A stretch of DNA of 51,541 nt from Octopus sinensis. Lineage: Eukaryota. The translations under genes were made by a program, and so were the position numbers. Below are positions 37,743 to 50,842 of this stretch, piece by piece. The notes under the pieces are model-generated. The model was given only the letters and a program-made list of their open reading frames with translations. It was not told the DNA's origin and made no database searches. The stretch's first letter is position 1. Each line of letters begins with the position of its first letter. The stretch spans positions 1-51,541 of the forward strand of contig NW_021829596.1 in NCBI RefSeq assembly GCF_006345805.1, written 5' to 3'.

Positions 37743-39197
37743 ATATATGTATATTTTATTTGTATATAATATTATATATATATGTATTATATATATATAT
37801 ATATCTATATATATATATATATAATATATAATATATATATATGTATGTATGTATGTATGTATACACGTACGTATATATATACATGTATTTAGATGGATAT
37901 ATGCGTGTGTGGTGCGTTGCGTACGTTGTGAGTGTGTGTACATGTATGCGTGCACGTGTGTATGTGTGGAATTCTCAAAAAAGGAAAGATGAGTTAAATT
38001 GATCAGCATCACAGGAGCTATTTATTCTTCACTCTGTATATGAGTGTGTGTGTGTGTGTGTGTGTGTGTCTTTTTTTGGGGGAAACTACTTCGCTGTTAT
38101 ATTTTAGAAGCATAATTTTTTTTCCAAAAATTTAAAATAGATTTTAATTTCTTCGTGCATATGTGTGCATATGTGTGTATGCACGTGTGTATGCATGTAT
38201 GTACCGCGCTTTTTTTCAGTCCTACTTTCACACACACACACAAACACGCACACACATATTCATACAAACGTACCTGTAAATATGTGCATAACCATATACA
38301 CACACACACCATTACACACGCACGTACGTACACGCGCTGACATACACATTCACAGGCGTATGCACCAAGGTACTACAGGTAGATACATATACTAAAGAAG
38401 TTAATTGCGATACCAATTCGTATGTAGCAATATCTTTTATTAGATTTAACCTGTATTAAGAACAGAACGCATTCCATGATAAATAAAAATATATAAATAA
38501 ACGTAATTTTGTAATTTCCACGTATAGCAACATATAAAATATCTTTATTTTATAACAAATTGATTTCATAAACGAGCTTTGATTGCCGTTTGAAGTTTAT
38601 TCATTCTATTTATGCTGCGAATGCGCCTTGGGAAAGATATACACGTTCCTAAATTTCTGACCCTGATGAGCGGTGAGTTGCAAAGACGGTTGTAAAGGCG
38701 AGGGACATGCTACCGTCTAGTATTTCGCTATTTTACATTTTACGTCGTTTCAATACCCTGAAACTCGAGTCCGTGTGTATCATAAGTTGAAGACGGGAAG
38801 GATGGCTTCCCTTCGCAAATACTGATAGGGCACAGAAAGTGTGTCTATAGCCAGCTGGAGGAGGTGTCCTCCTGGGGCTACAAACTACAGTAGCATCCAC
38901 CCTTAGGGGTTAGCCATATTCAAATGGCAAATATACGTCACGATGTGTTGCTGCTACTGTTTATAACTCGCTCTGAGATTTATCATAGTTTTAGTTATAT
39001 GGCTTTGTGATTATTATGCAGTAATCACGTTTAGTAGAGAAGATGATAATTATAAAAGTAATATCGTACCTACTAGTTTCCGTTAATGAACAGAGAGAGT
39101 TCAGAAAAGTAGCGATAACTACAATACTGATTATGCAGTAAAGTGTAAGCATCATGGAAAGATGCGATGCAAGATGAACTTTGTCCGAACTGCTTAC

Positions 39198-39249
39198 CAT
39201 TGTATTGTAACTGTCTGAATTGCTTAGGTTGTAAATCGTATGCTATTGT
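39198..39249 (-). CDS. Candidate 52-nt exon (phase 0-1): TIAYDLQPKQFRQLQYN
   Basis: Acceptor ctaacatctacAG, donor ATG|GTAAGC; only one frame is open. Confidence 0.33.
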
Positions 39250-39310
39250 CTGTAGATGTTAGGTTGGATTGCAGTAAATTTAGTAAGTGTTAATATGTCT
39301 AAACACCTTT

Positions 39311-39548
39311 TAAGGCAGTGAGCTGGCAGAATCGTTAGTACACCGGGCGAAATGCTTAGCAGTATTTCGTCTGCCGTTACGTTCTGAGTTCAAATTCCGC
39401 CGAGGTCGACTTTGCCTTTCATCCTTTCGGGGTCGATAAATTAAGTACCAGTTACGCACTGGGGTAGATGTAATTGACTTAATCCTTTCGTCTGTCCTTG
39501 TTTGTCTCCTCCTATGTTTAGCCCCTTGTAGGCAATAAAGAAATAAGA
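39311..39548 (+). mobile_element. SINE family B monomer (terminal-type tail)
   Basis: Full head, B-box, tail GCAATAAAGAAATAAG. Confidence 0.9.
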
Positions 39549-39750
39549 ATCGTTTGTACACGGGGCAAAATGCTTAGCTACTCCAGAGTCTTGGCGGATA
39601 TGTGACTGATGTGACTGATGTGACTGATGTGTGAAATAAACAGATACAATTTGTCAAAGTACCTCTATTACAGTGTGCATATAATGTGCGTAGAAAATAA
39701 ACTCCTTGCCTTCCAAACACCGAGGAAAAAATCTTGGTCAGTAGGCGTCT

Positions 39751-39986
39751 TAAGGCGGCGAGCTGGCAGAAACGTTAGCACGCCGGGCGAAATGCTTAGC
39801 GGTATTTCGTCTGTCGTTACGTTCTGAGTTCAAATTCCGCCGAGGTCGACTTTGCCTTTCATCCTTTCGGGGTCGATAAATTAAGTACCAGTTACGCACT
39901 GGGGTAGATGTAATTGACTTAATCCTTTTGTCTGTCCTTGTTTGTCCCCTCTATGTTTAGCCCCTTGTGGGTAGTAAAGAAATTGG
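39751..39986 (+). mobile_element. SINE family B monomer (internal-type tail, ends in GGTAT)
   Basis: Full head; ends GTAGTAAAGAAATTGGTAT. Confidence 0.9.
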
Positions 39987-40317
39987 TATATAGTCAGTAG
40001 CTCTAAATGCATAAAACTGCCACCAGGTCATGTTGATTCTTACGATAGTTATTGCAACACTTTGCCGATTGTGGTATCGGAGATGTCTACTGTAAGATAT
40101 ACAATGAAATCGTCAGACTAATGTACTAATATAGCGGGTACAGCCACATTATTCCTAATGCATCATAGAGCAGACCCACACTCATCAGTCCTCTGCTTGA
40201 GATTTACTCGGATATTTGGTGTGTTTCCAAAGTAAACTTGTGAGGGAGTGAATACAGTTCCTCCGTATGAAAGTAAACATCGATAAAATATCACTATACT
40301 TAGAAATTGTTTCAGTT

Positions 40318-40720
40318 AGGCGCAGGAGTGGCTGTGTGGTAAGTAGCTTGCTAACCAACCACATGGTTCCGGGTTCAGTCCCACTGCGTGGCATCTTGGG
40401 CAAGTGTCTTCTGCTATAGCCCCGGGCCGACCAATGCCTTGTGAGTGGATTTGGTAGACGGAAACTGAAAGAAGCCTGTCGTATATATGTATATATATGT
40501 ATATATGTGTATGTGTGTGTGTGTTTCTCCCCCTAGCATTGCTTGACAACCGATGCTGGTGTGTTTACGTCTCCGTCACTTAGCGGTTCGCCAAAAGAGA
40601 CCGATAGAATAAGTACTGGGCTTATAAAGAATAAGTCCCGGGGTCGATTTGCTCGACTAAAGGCGGTGCTCCAGCATGGCCGCAGTCAGATGACTGAAAC
40701 AAGTAAAAGAGTAAAAGAGA
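40318..40720 (+). mobile_element. SINE family A, full length
   Basis: As at 6327 and 8739. Confidence 0.9.
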
Positions 40721-41775
40721 GTAAGAGTTATCGAACAGTGATGCAGAAGATTGTTTATAATTTCAGATTTCAATTCATTGTAACCGTCTTTGCCGGAAAA
40801 GATATGAGTAAGTTACTCGTTTCTTGAGCTAATTCAGGCGGTATTAAAACAACCACGCAGGCTCGTGAAATGATATCACAGTTGATAAATTGTACCTCTA
40901 TTTGAGCTAAGCAATTTTAGGTATATCGTGTATAGTTATGATGCATTAATGATGATCAGTAAATAAGACGATAATTCCTAAACGAATACCACACTCAATA
41001 GATCCTGTTAATTATGAGAGACAGGTGAAGAGAAGAAGACAGAAAGAGCTAGAAAATATCATTTTCTAATTTTCCACCATGTTGATCAGACAATAAAGCG
41101 TTGATATCGGATAGTAAACGACATGACGTATGATAAACTTCTTACACTTGTGTCCAATCTTCTCACCCTCATATCCAACTATCTACGGTGCTTAGGTTGT
41201 AATAAAGCAGTATTCAAGACTTAATCTACATACAGCAGTATGAATTGTTCGCTAATGAGTTGCTTCGCAGCTGATGGACAAAAGTAGATCTAATGCTAGA
41301 CGTCCCAAAAATAATGCGTGAAGTTCTTCAATAGTTGTGGTGTGCTTATATACATATATACATCAAGTGACTATTTTCACAAGAGTCATCAATATATATA
41401 TATATATACATATCGGTTTATGTATGTGTGTGTGTAAGGCAAAAAGAGAAGCAAAGTTTTGGAGGTTAAAGTAAGTAATTGGGTGAAATTATTACATTAT
41501 TAGTATTCAGTTTCAGCTTATTAAGTACACGGGATGGGAGAATACATTATCAACATGCACACTATTTGAATTGCAAGTGCAGAGGGAGGTATCTTAAAAC
41601 TACAAGATATTTAGTCGAGTACTATACTATTTGGGGCATTTCACACACACACACACACACACATATATATTATATATATTATATATATATATATATAATA
41701 TACATAGATGTATATGCATATTTATGCAAATAAGTATAAATATATTTTATATGCATACGCACATATATATATAAG

Positions 41776-41903
<128 letters not shown>

Positions 41904-41944
41904 GCATGTATACATTAAGCATATATCTCATAATGTATACTAAT

Positions 41945-43175
41945 GCTGTGTGCGAGACGTATTTGAGGCCATATCTGGAAAATTCATAAAACATCTGTAA
42001 TCTAATAAAATCTAAATATATTTTAGTAAAAATTAATTTTCACGTAAAGTTTTCTTATAAGATTATTCTGTGAATCTGCCTCCAGCTTCGATGACTGTTT
42101 CAATGCGGGACCGAAATAGTTGTTCAATAAATCCTCCTTATTCATTTTGGAAATCACTTGGACAATGCCGGCATTCATTGGGGCTATTGTGTTGTGATGT
42201 CGATTAATCTCATTTTCAGCAACGCTTCGGACATTGTAGTCCATGGAATTTAAATCTGGCAAATTCGGAGGCCAAATATTTGGTGTTATATGATCGTAAA
42301 AATTGTTTGACATCTAGCGTTGAGTTACGTGGGTTTCGTGAGAAAATATTGAATCTTGTTGAAACACGTATCGTCTTCCACTGCGTACTTCATCCATCCA
42401 GAGCTTAGTAACTGTTTCCAACACTTCTATCATTAATTCAAATACCCTATGGGAAAATGTGAAGTGACAGGACATTCGTCACTCCAAATCCTTAAAGCTA
42501 TCACAATTGTTGGAAAGTTAGTCTGCATTACTCTGGAGACATCAGTAGGATCTGCATATAGCTGTCCATCGTTTCTATCCTTGGGTGTTTGATCATGGTC
42601 AAATTTCTTCCACTAGAGAGGAACCAAAGCATGTGATATTCGTGTTTACAATCACGTTAGGCAAGTGTCACGAATCAGATGGTTCTCCTGCGTCTTCACA
42701 GATCTGAATTAGTCTCTCCACAGTCCATACGAATGTTCTCAGGTACCAGTGTTCCGATTGTCCACTTCGATACCTGAAACTCTTTGGCGGTGGGCATCAT
42801 TGATTTTTTTCCGAGATCATTATCGATACTGATTTGAATCCGTTGTCTTAATTGCGGTATCCATGTAGAGTCTCAACGTATAAAATGCTTTTTTTTTTTC
42901 TCTTTGATACTGTTGAAACATTCTCGTCAAAGGCTTCCCGTTCCATGGGAACTATGTGTACAGAAGATCTTGCAGCATTTAGAAAGTTAGCATTTGTTAA
43001 ATCGATGTCTTCCTCACATATAGTAACAGCGACTACGTGTTTTTTTTTTTGTTTTGTTTTTTCATTTCTAATGTTAGTATTTTATTTTCTATGGAAGATC
43101 TGAAAGAATAAAAAACCATTTAATTGGTTTGAAGTGAGTAATATACTGGTAATTAAATGTCCTCAGATACCCCTA
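41945..43175 (-). mobile_element. Near-full-length decayed maT-type (DD37D) mariner
   Basis: Across frameshifts: LTLEMKK..NFLNAARSSVH..VSKRKK, KSMMPTAKEFQVSKWTI, MQTNFPTIVIAL, RYVFQQDSIFSH...WPPNLPDLNSMDY (37 residues between the 2nd and 3rd Asp). TIR limits are approximate. Confidence 0.85.
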
Positions 43176-43189
43176 ACACATTGTATATG

Positions 43190-43272
<83 letters not shown>

Positions 43273-43297
43273 AATAGATAAATAGATAGCTAGATGG

Positions 43298-43330
<33 letters not shown>

Positions 43331-43763
43331 TATATAGATATATAAATATATATATATATGTATATATAAATATTTTATATACCAGTGTGTGTTTATATAA
43401 TCATAAACTAAAATGCTATTCTATTACATATATATTATAATACATTTATCTTATTAATCACAAACAGACTTTTTAAAGACTTATACACAGGAGAAGAATA
43501 ACAGAAGAAAAAGAAATGAGAAGAGATATGGAAACAAAAAAGGAAAGAAGTAAAGAAGGAAGAGAAGAGAGGAAAATATTGCGTTGAACCAATTCCAGGA
43601 TGGCTGATGAAAATAAACTTCCATGTTTTCAAATATATGACAATATTGCGTTCATTTCGGATAATTCAGTATTTAAAAGCTTCTTAATTATGTCTTGAAA
43701 GCAATGTCTGTAATCTGGTTGGAAAACGTTAGAGAAATACACCCAAGCAAATTCAAATATATA

Positions 43764-43834
<71 letters not shown>

Positions 43835-43888
43835 GTATGTGTGTGTGTGTGTGTGTGTGTGTGGTGGTGTGTGTTGTGTGTGTGTACG

Positions 43889-43919
<31 letters not shown>

Positions 43920-44108
43920 AATATATATGTATACATATACATATATACATATATACATATATATACACATATATATATACATGTATACATACATACATAT
44001 ATATATACATATATATATGCATACATACATATACATATATATATTATATATATGTATATATATGTATGTATATATATGTGTATGTATATATATATGTCTG
44101 TGTGCGTG

Positions 44109-44149
<41 letters not shown>

Positions 44150-44378
44150 TTATTTATTTATATATACTAAGCTACACACTAACATATCTGCATGCACATT
44201 CATGTACGTAAAAATGCAAAAACGCAGATATCCATAAACAAACATTTCTAATTCGGCCTGTCTCTCTCGCTCCGTCTCTCCCCTTCTCTCTCTCTCTCTA
44301 TGTATATGTATGCATATACACATACTATACTTATTTATGCATACATACATACATACATGTAGATGTATATATATATAT

Positions 44379-44412
<34 letters not shown>

Positions 44413-44918
44413 ATGTATGTATATATATATGTGTGTGTGTATATGTATATATGTATGTATGTATAGGTAAATAGAACAAACTATTAACAGTTGCTAGACA
44501 TGAAGTCAATTTATAGAATATTTATGTTATGTCATATGGAGGAGAGAACAAAGATGTATAAATATAGCAGGAAGAAAGGAAGATCTAAAGCGTGAAAGTT
44601 CATAGTGATGCAGAGTAGACGGGTAGAGTCCAGGATCAATTCGCGAGGTCCTAAGTGTTGATATGACCTAGATAGGTAAGTAATAGTCACGAGATCACTG
44701 GTGAAAAATTTGCAAGTCTGGATAGAAAGGTATAACTTGTACTTTACAGCTGTTTCGGGAATAAGTACATATCAGAGGCAGATCTGTGCATTTTCCCTAC
44801 ATACATAAAAACATTAGGTGTATTAGTATAAGTCACTATATATGAAGCAGTACAGTATGTAGTATGAGATTCATCCCATATATACATGTATGTATGTGTG
44901 TATAGACATACATACATA

Positions 44919-44962
<44 letters not shown>

Positions 44963-45683
44963 TGCATGTTGTATTAGGAACAAAGTAGAGTTTGCTCAAT
45001 AAGTCAGGAGGGTAAATATTTATAATTATATTAAAATTAATGTTCCATTACTGCCAGGATTAGCTAATTTCAAATACTATTCCAGTTGATATCGGATGAT
45101 ATACAAGATGTTTCCAGAACTAGACTTTTTCTTTCTTTGGAGTTAAGCAGTTCAGGATGATACGCTGTAAACGTCGGGTTCGCCTAATTATTAATATCCA
45201 ATATTAAATCAACATAGAAATATATCCAATACGAACGGCTTTCTGTTGGCGATTCGTACCACGTTGTCAATGCATTGTAAACTCCCATTCATTGTATTTC
45301 TTTATCAATTTATGTATGACATATGGTGAGATAATTCATTGATTGATATGACAATTCTCAACATATTACTCTTTCAATTTCCTAACACAACTGGAGAAAG
45401 TTGAAGCATTCTTTTCTTTTTCTCTCTTGTCTAGTTATCTTCAGTAACAATGCAGATCAATATAACCTGTTTTTGTAGAATGTGATTGAGGTTTTAATCT
45501 CAGATCTTAAATGATGGCGATAGTTAAGCACTTTGTGTCTGCCAGTTCAACAATTAATATTTGCCCCCAAAGGATTACACAAGCTAAACATCTTCCACCA
45601 AAATTTTTATATCATAAGAGTGCCAGTAATTTTGGTACGGCTGATTATATATAAATGCGTGTGTGTATTGTGTGCGTGTGTGT

Positions 45684-46037
45684 AATGGCTTTTACTGCTT
45701 CATTTGATTTCATACCATTACTATTGCATACCATAAACTAATAATATTTCTTCCATTTTACTTCTATGAAGCGAATCGAAGGCTTTCGAGAAACCAATGA
45801 ATAACAAAACAGCATTTAGAATCTTAGCTTTCACACCAAGAATTCTATGAACGATTAAGATTTGACCGGTTGTTGATCATCCTCTTCGAATTCCATTTAG
45901 ATTTTTCTATCAATACCTTTTTGATTTCTGGACCTATGTAGTTAAGAAGCATAGAGCTATGAATTTTTTCAGGAGTCAATTCCATATCGTCATCGTTTTC
46001 TTGGATTACGTTCTCAGAACTTCCGACGACACCATTT
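45684..46037 (-). mobile_element. RTE-clade LINE, inverted 5' segment (RT N-terminal motifs)
   Basis: Reads KIHSSMLLNYIGPEIKKVL..NGIRRG*STTGQILIVHRI..LFIGFSKAFDSLHRSKMEEILLVYG..EAVKAI. Confidence 0.8.
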
Positions 46038-46765
46038 AAAGCAATGGTTTTGCACCAAAATCCCGACGGGATAATAGATATCATTCCACAAAAATCACAG
46101 ATGCAGTTTATGCTGAGGATTTTGATGCAACTTTTCGATCAAAGCCACGCAGAAACCTTTCTCCATAGTTTTGAACATGCAGTCAAAAGTATCGGTCTCT
46201 ATATTAACTCAGACAAAATAGAATACCTGAACATAAATCAAAATGGAATAATCAAAAGAATATCTGGCACACCTCTCAACTATGTGGAAGAATTTACTTA
46301 TCTGGGTTGTAAAATCTCTAGCTGCGACAGCGATGTAAACACTTGCATTGATAAAACCTGAGGTACCGTCGACAAGTTATCTCTAGTGTTGAAATCTAGA
46401 CTCCAAAACATGAAATAGAGCCACTTTCACGCAGCAGCTGTTACCGCTGTTCTATTGTATGGCTGCTCAGCATGGAGCCTTAACTCGAAACTGGTGAGAA
46501 GATTGTTTGGAGCCTACATTCGTATGCTAAGAGTGGCTTTGAATACCTCCTGGAGAGATCGTCTGACCAATGATCGATTGTATGATAAAACCTTTGTCCA
46601 GTATCAGACATAATCGAAGAGCGTAGAATCACATTCGTAGCGAGAACTGGAGAGCTGAAGACGAAATGGCGAATGAACCGAGACCTATATCAAGCAAATT
46701 TATGACGACATAAACTGCAATCCCTCACGAATCACGGGAAGCCGTGCGGGCAACCCGACCGGATT
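46038..46765 (+). mobile_element. RTE-clade LINE, 3' segment (RT C-terminal part to 3' end)
   Basis: Reads KAMVLHQN, ITDAVYAED (YADD motif), KSIGLYINSDKIEY, VEEFTYLG, VLLYGCSAW, AYIRMLRVALN.SWRD.LTN. Confidence 0.85.
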
Positions 46766-47008
46766 GTATATATATATATAATAAGAAATATTGAATTTCT
46801 AAATCTCTCGTAGAGACATGTACGGTGGTGGGGCGATAGAATGGTTGTATACTGTCAATCTAACAAGAACGTGACAGTAGGGGGTACACCACCGTTGTAT
46901 AGCCCTAGGAAGCATCGAACGCCTCCTGACAGCTTCGACACATTTTTTCCTGTGTCCTTATATACATATACGAAGGGGAGACAAACACCCCCAACCGCCG
47001 GAACTGCA

Positions 47009-47054
47009 TCTAGGGACACCGTGTTTCAGGATCATTGTCCTTCATCGGCCTAGA
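47009..47054 (-). ncRNA. Type I hammerhead ribozyme (U4C core variant), left copy
   Basis: Exact reverse complement of 47368-47413. Confidence 0.8.
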
Positions 47055-47367
47055 GTCGCAGACACCGGTTGGCTGGTGATATTTGCCTCGACTTCGTATC
47101 TGTATACATGTAAACTCAGTGAAGTTTATTCACTGATTATCAAAATAAGAAATATTGAATTTCTAAATCTCTCGTAGAGACATGTACGGTGGTGGGGCGA
47201 TAGAATGGTTGTATACTGTCAATCTAACAAGAACGTGACAGTCTCTACGAGAGATTTAGAAATTCAATATTTCTTATTTTGATAATCAGTGAATAAACTT
47301 CACTGAGTTTACATGTATACAGATACGAAGTCAAGGCAAATATCACCAGCCGACCGGTGTCTGCGAC

Positions 47368-47413
47368 TCTAGGCCGATGAAGGACAATGATCCTGAAACA
47401 CGGTGTCCCTAGA
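47368..47413 (+). ncRNA. Type I hammerhead ribozyme (U4C core variant), right copy
   Basis: TCTAGG-CCGATGA-AGGA(CAATGA)TCCT-GAA-ACAC(G)GTGT-C/CCTAGA: stem I 6 bp, stem II 4 bp, stem III 4 bp with a 1-nt loop, GUC triplet with predicted cleavage after 47407. Confidence 0.8.
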
Positions 47414-47579
47414 TGCAGTTCCGGCGGTTGGGGGTGTTTGTCTCCCCTTCGTATATGTATATAAGGACACAGGAAAAAAATGTGTCGAAGCTGTCAGGAG
47501 GCGTTCGATGCCTCCTAGGGCTATACAACGGTGGTGTACCCCCTACTGTCACGTTCTTGTTAGATTGACAGTATACAAC

Positions 47580-47618
<39 letters not shown>

Positions 47619-47963
47619 TAATAATGCCCTATACATAAAGACACACAGACATGCATAAATGCATATATATATATATATATGTATATGTATACATGTATAC
47701 GGGATGCCTGAAGGAAACATCTTAGGTTAGCGTGAAGCATATTGAATGTGTACATAGTGGGTACACATAAATGTGATACATTCTGTTTAAACGACTCAAT
47801 AAACCAAGATTATCAAGGCATTGGTCGACCTGAGACAAAACACAGACCCGCGTGTCTGCAAAGTGAGCTTTCTAACTGCTTGACTGCACTACATGTAAGG
47901 GAGTAGTAAAATACAGAACATGTAAGTAATATACAGAACATGTAAGGGAGTAGTAAAATACAG

Positions 47964-48556
47964 AAGGCGGTGAGCTGGCAGAAACGATAGTACACCGGGC
48001 GAAATACGTAGCCGTATTTCGTCTGTCGTTACGTTCTGAGTTCAAATTCCGCCGAGGTCAACTTTGCCTTCCATCCTTTCGGGGTTGATTAAATAAGTAC
48101 CAGTTACGCACTGGGGTCGATATAATCGACTTAATCCGTTTGTCTGTCCTTGTTTGTCCTCTCTGTGTTTAGCCCCTTGTGGGTAGTAAAGAAATAGGTA
48201 TTTCGTCTGCCGCTACGTTCTGAGTTCAAATTCCGCCTAGGTAGACTTTGCCTTTCATCCGTTCGGGTTCAATAAATTAAGTACCAGTTACGCACTGGGG
48301 TCGATATAATCAACTTAATCCGTTTATCTGTCCTTGTTTGTCCTCTCTGTGTTTAGCCCCTTGTGGGTAGTAAAGAAATAGGTATTTCGTCTATCTTTAT
48401 GTTCTGAGTTCAAATTCCGCCGAGGTCGACTTTGCCTTTCATCCTTTCGGGGTCGATAAATTAAGTACCAGTTATGCACTGGGGTCGATGTAATCGACTT
48501 AATCTGTCCTTGTTTGTCCCTTCTATCTTTGGCCCCTTGTGGACAATAAAGAAACA
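47964..48556 (+). mobile_element. SINE family B trimer (one head + three 184-bp bodies)
   Basis: GTATTTCGTC recurs at 48014, 48198 and 48382; flanked by AGTAAAATACAGAA (47952) and AGTAATATACAGAA (48557). Confidence 0.92.
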
Positions 48557-48740
48557 AGTAATATACAGAACAGTGCAATGAAACATTTGCTTCAGCCGGT
48601 TTGTTGTCCAGTAACTTGGACAGTCCGAGCTTTCTCCCTCCGCAAGAAATCAATAGCCACTGAGAAGCATTGCACCTTCCAATAGTCACAATATAACTGT
48701 TATACTACTTTTGTATTGCGTTCTCTCTTTCTTTGGAGTA

Positions 48741-48954
48741 CAGTAATCCCTCGATTGACGCGGGTTTTACGTTCCAAAACCTCCCACAGAAATAATTAAA
48801 ATCTAAGATATAAATACCTATCGGCCGCAGATACCCGCGATATGAATTTACATATATTAGCCAGAAAAATCCGCGATGTACTGAATACGCTATAAGTGAA
48901 CAGCGATGTACTGAGTACACGATAGGTGAACCGCGATATGGCGAGGGATTACTA
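48741..48954. mobile_element. MITE with CAGTAATCCCTCG terminal inverted repeats and TA target site (pogo/Tigger-like)
   Basis: TA|CAGTAATCCCTCG ... CGAGGGATTACTA|TA (12 of 13 match). Confidence 0.85.
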
Positions 48955-49189
48955 TATATACCTATAGCCATATCTATAAATGTATCCGAGCTTGTGCATG
49001 CGCGAGAATGTGCGTGTATATGCGTATGTGTGTATGTAGGTGTGTGTGTGTGTGTGTGTATGTGTGTGTATGTGTATGAAAACATGAAGTGAAGGAAATG
49101 CTTAAAGTTAAAGCGAGCTACGTAGAAACATATGTAGATGTGAAGATTAACAGCTAAATTTAGAAAGCGTTTCAAAAGACTGAACAGAC

Positions 49190-49191
49190 AA

Positions 49192-49260
<69 letters not shown>

Positions 49261-49279
49261 CAAACATATATATATATAT

Positions 49280-49337
<58 letters not shown>

Positions 49338-49460
49338 TAGGTAGGTAGATAGATACGTGTATATATGTGTGTGTGTGTATAGATAGATAGATAGATAGTT
49401 AGATAGATATTTGGATAGATAGATAGATAGATAGGTAGATAGATAGATAGATAGATAGAT

Positions 49461-49519
<59 letters not shown>

Positions 49520-49520
49520 C
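49190..49520. repeat. (GATA)n tracts
   Basis: Direct reading. Confidence 0.95.
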
Positions 49521-49787
49521 ACGACGTCATATAAATAGCATAGGAAACTGTTGTTTTTCGAATATAAGTACCGTTAACGAAACGGGGAAATGAAAACAGC
49601 TATTAGACAGCCGGGATTTGTAGAGACCACATCAATTATTGACGTATTAGATACTTAAATAATTAGTAGCATACAAACAAAAAGCGGTCTCACACCTCTC
49701 TACATTTTTAATTTAAGGATACAGCAACAACAATAAGTGAAACTGTCCATACCAAAGTTCAGCCTATTATTATATTAATATATATAC

Positions 49788-49821
<34 letters not shown>

Positions 49822-50244
49822 GATATATCTATACTATAAGATATATTATTTATATATTAGATATATAGAATATATATTATATATATATATATATATATAT
49901 TATATAGTATAGATATATATATATAGATATATATAAATATGAATATGTATATGTGTGTGTACATACATATACATACATGCATATATATATGTGTATGTAT
50001 GTATATATATGTATAAAATTTATATATGAATATATATGTATATAAATATGTATGTGCACGCGCGCGTGCGTGTGTGTGTAGAAGGTTGAAAAGTTATACA
50101 CGAGTGTATAATAAAGCAAAGTAGACAATGCTAAAATAATTTTATCATGACAAAGATTTTAGAACCGGTTTCAGTCTTTTCCAGTTTTTGAACTTAGAGT
50201 AAAGCAAAAAAAAAAACAATTGAATTGAAGAAAAATTAAATGAA

Positions 50245-50436
50245 ATTCTGTTGTGTCTGGAGAGAGTCATTTTCTTTTTGTTGCCTTATGATTTAACAAA
50301 AGTCTATTGCAAATGTTGCAAGACGCAACGAAAATTTTCGGAAAATAAAAATAAGAAATAAGTGGAAATTTTACCGGTGAATGTGTTAAATTATAAGGTA
50401 CAAAAAGAAAATGACTCTCTCCAGACACAACAGAAT
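50245..50436. mobile_element. MITE with ~53-bp terminal inverted repeats
   Basis: ATTCTGTTGTGTCTGGAGAGAGTCATTTTCTTTTTG.. at 50245-50298 is the near-perfect reverse complement of 50384-50436. Confidence 0.85.
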
Positions 50437-50842
50437 AGGTTTCAACACACGAACTCACATAAAGAATCTTGCAGACCAAATCCCAAAACGAAATTAAATG
50501 AAATGTTTTTAAAAAATATTTCCATAGTCTTCAAATAGGTAGAACATTTTTCTTTTTTCTGTCTCCCCCTCTTACTTTCGTGAAGGCTCGGTAGGTAGTA
50601 GTGATCTCAGAAATAGGTAATATGTGTGGAAAGATATCTGTGTGTGTGTGTGTGTGCGAGGGGGTGTGCACGCGCGCGTGCGTATTGAGTATCCCATAAA
50701 TAATGCGTTTTTTATACTCTTTTATTGTTCAAAATTAAGATAAACGAACTTATTTTTTTAATCTAAAATATATCCTCGTTCATTTTCTACAATATTCTTC
50801 CATCTATCTGGTAGACTTGCAGGCCCCTCTTCCAAAATTCAC

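Larger units (their letters stand above)
46781..47587. mobile_element. 364-bp hammerhead-containing repeat unit (retrozyme or Penelope pLTR-like): 1.27 tandem copies plus an inverted 347-bp copy, flanked by (TA)n
   Basis: 46781-46878 recurs at 47145-47242 (period 364). 46836-47181 is the reverse complement of 47241-47587 with 3 transitions and a 1-nt homopolymer difference; the junction has 2-bp GT microhomology. Confidence 0.9.

Noticed and set aside
39598-39630. 9-bp unit TGTGACTGA x3; also a 19-bp duplication at 11440-11484
   Set aside because: Ordinary slippage duplications with no further structure.
42852-43103. Exon-like segment with strong acceptor
   Set aside because: The minus-strand translation is the N-terminus of the decayed maT transposase.
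45845-46084. Protein-like minus ORF MISIIPSGFW.. as a host exon
   Set aside because: It is the inverted RT segment of the RTE LINE.
47964-48556. Regularly spaced repeats as a CRISPR array
   Set aside because: 184-bp SINE bodies with no unique spacers, in a eukaryotic context with no cas genes.
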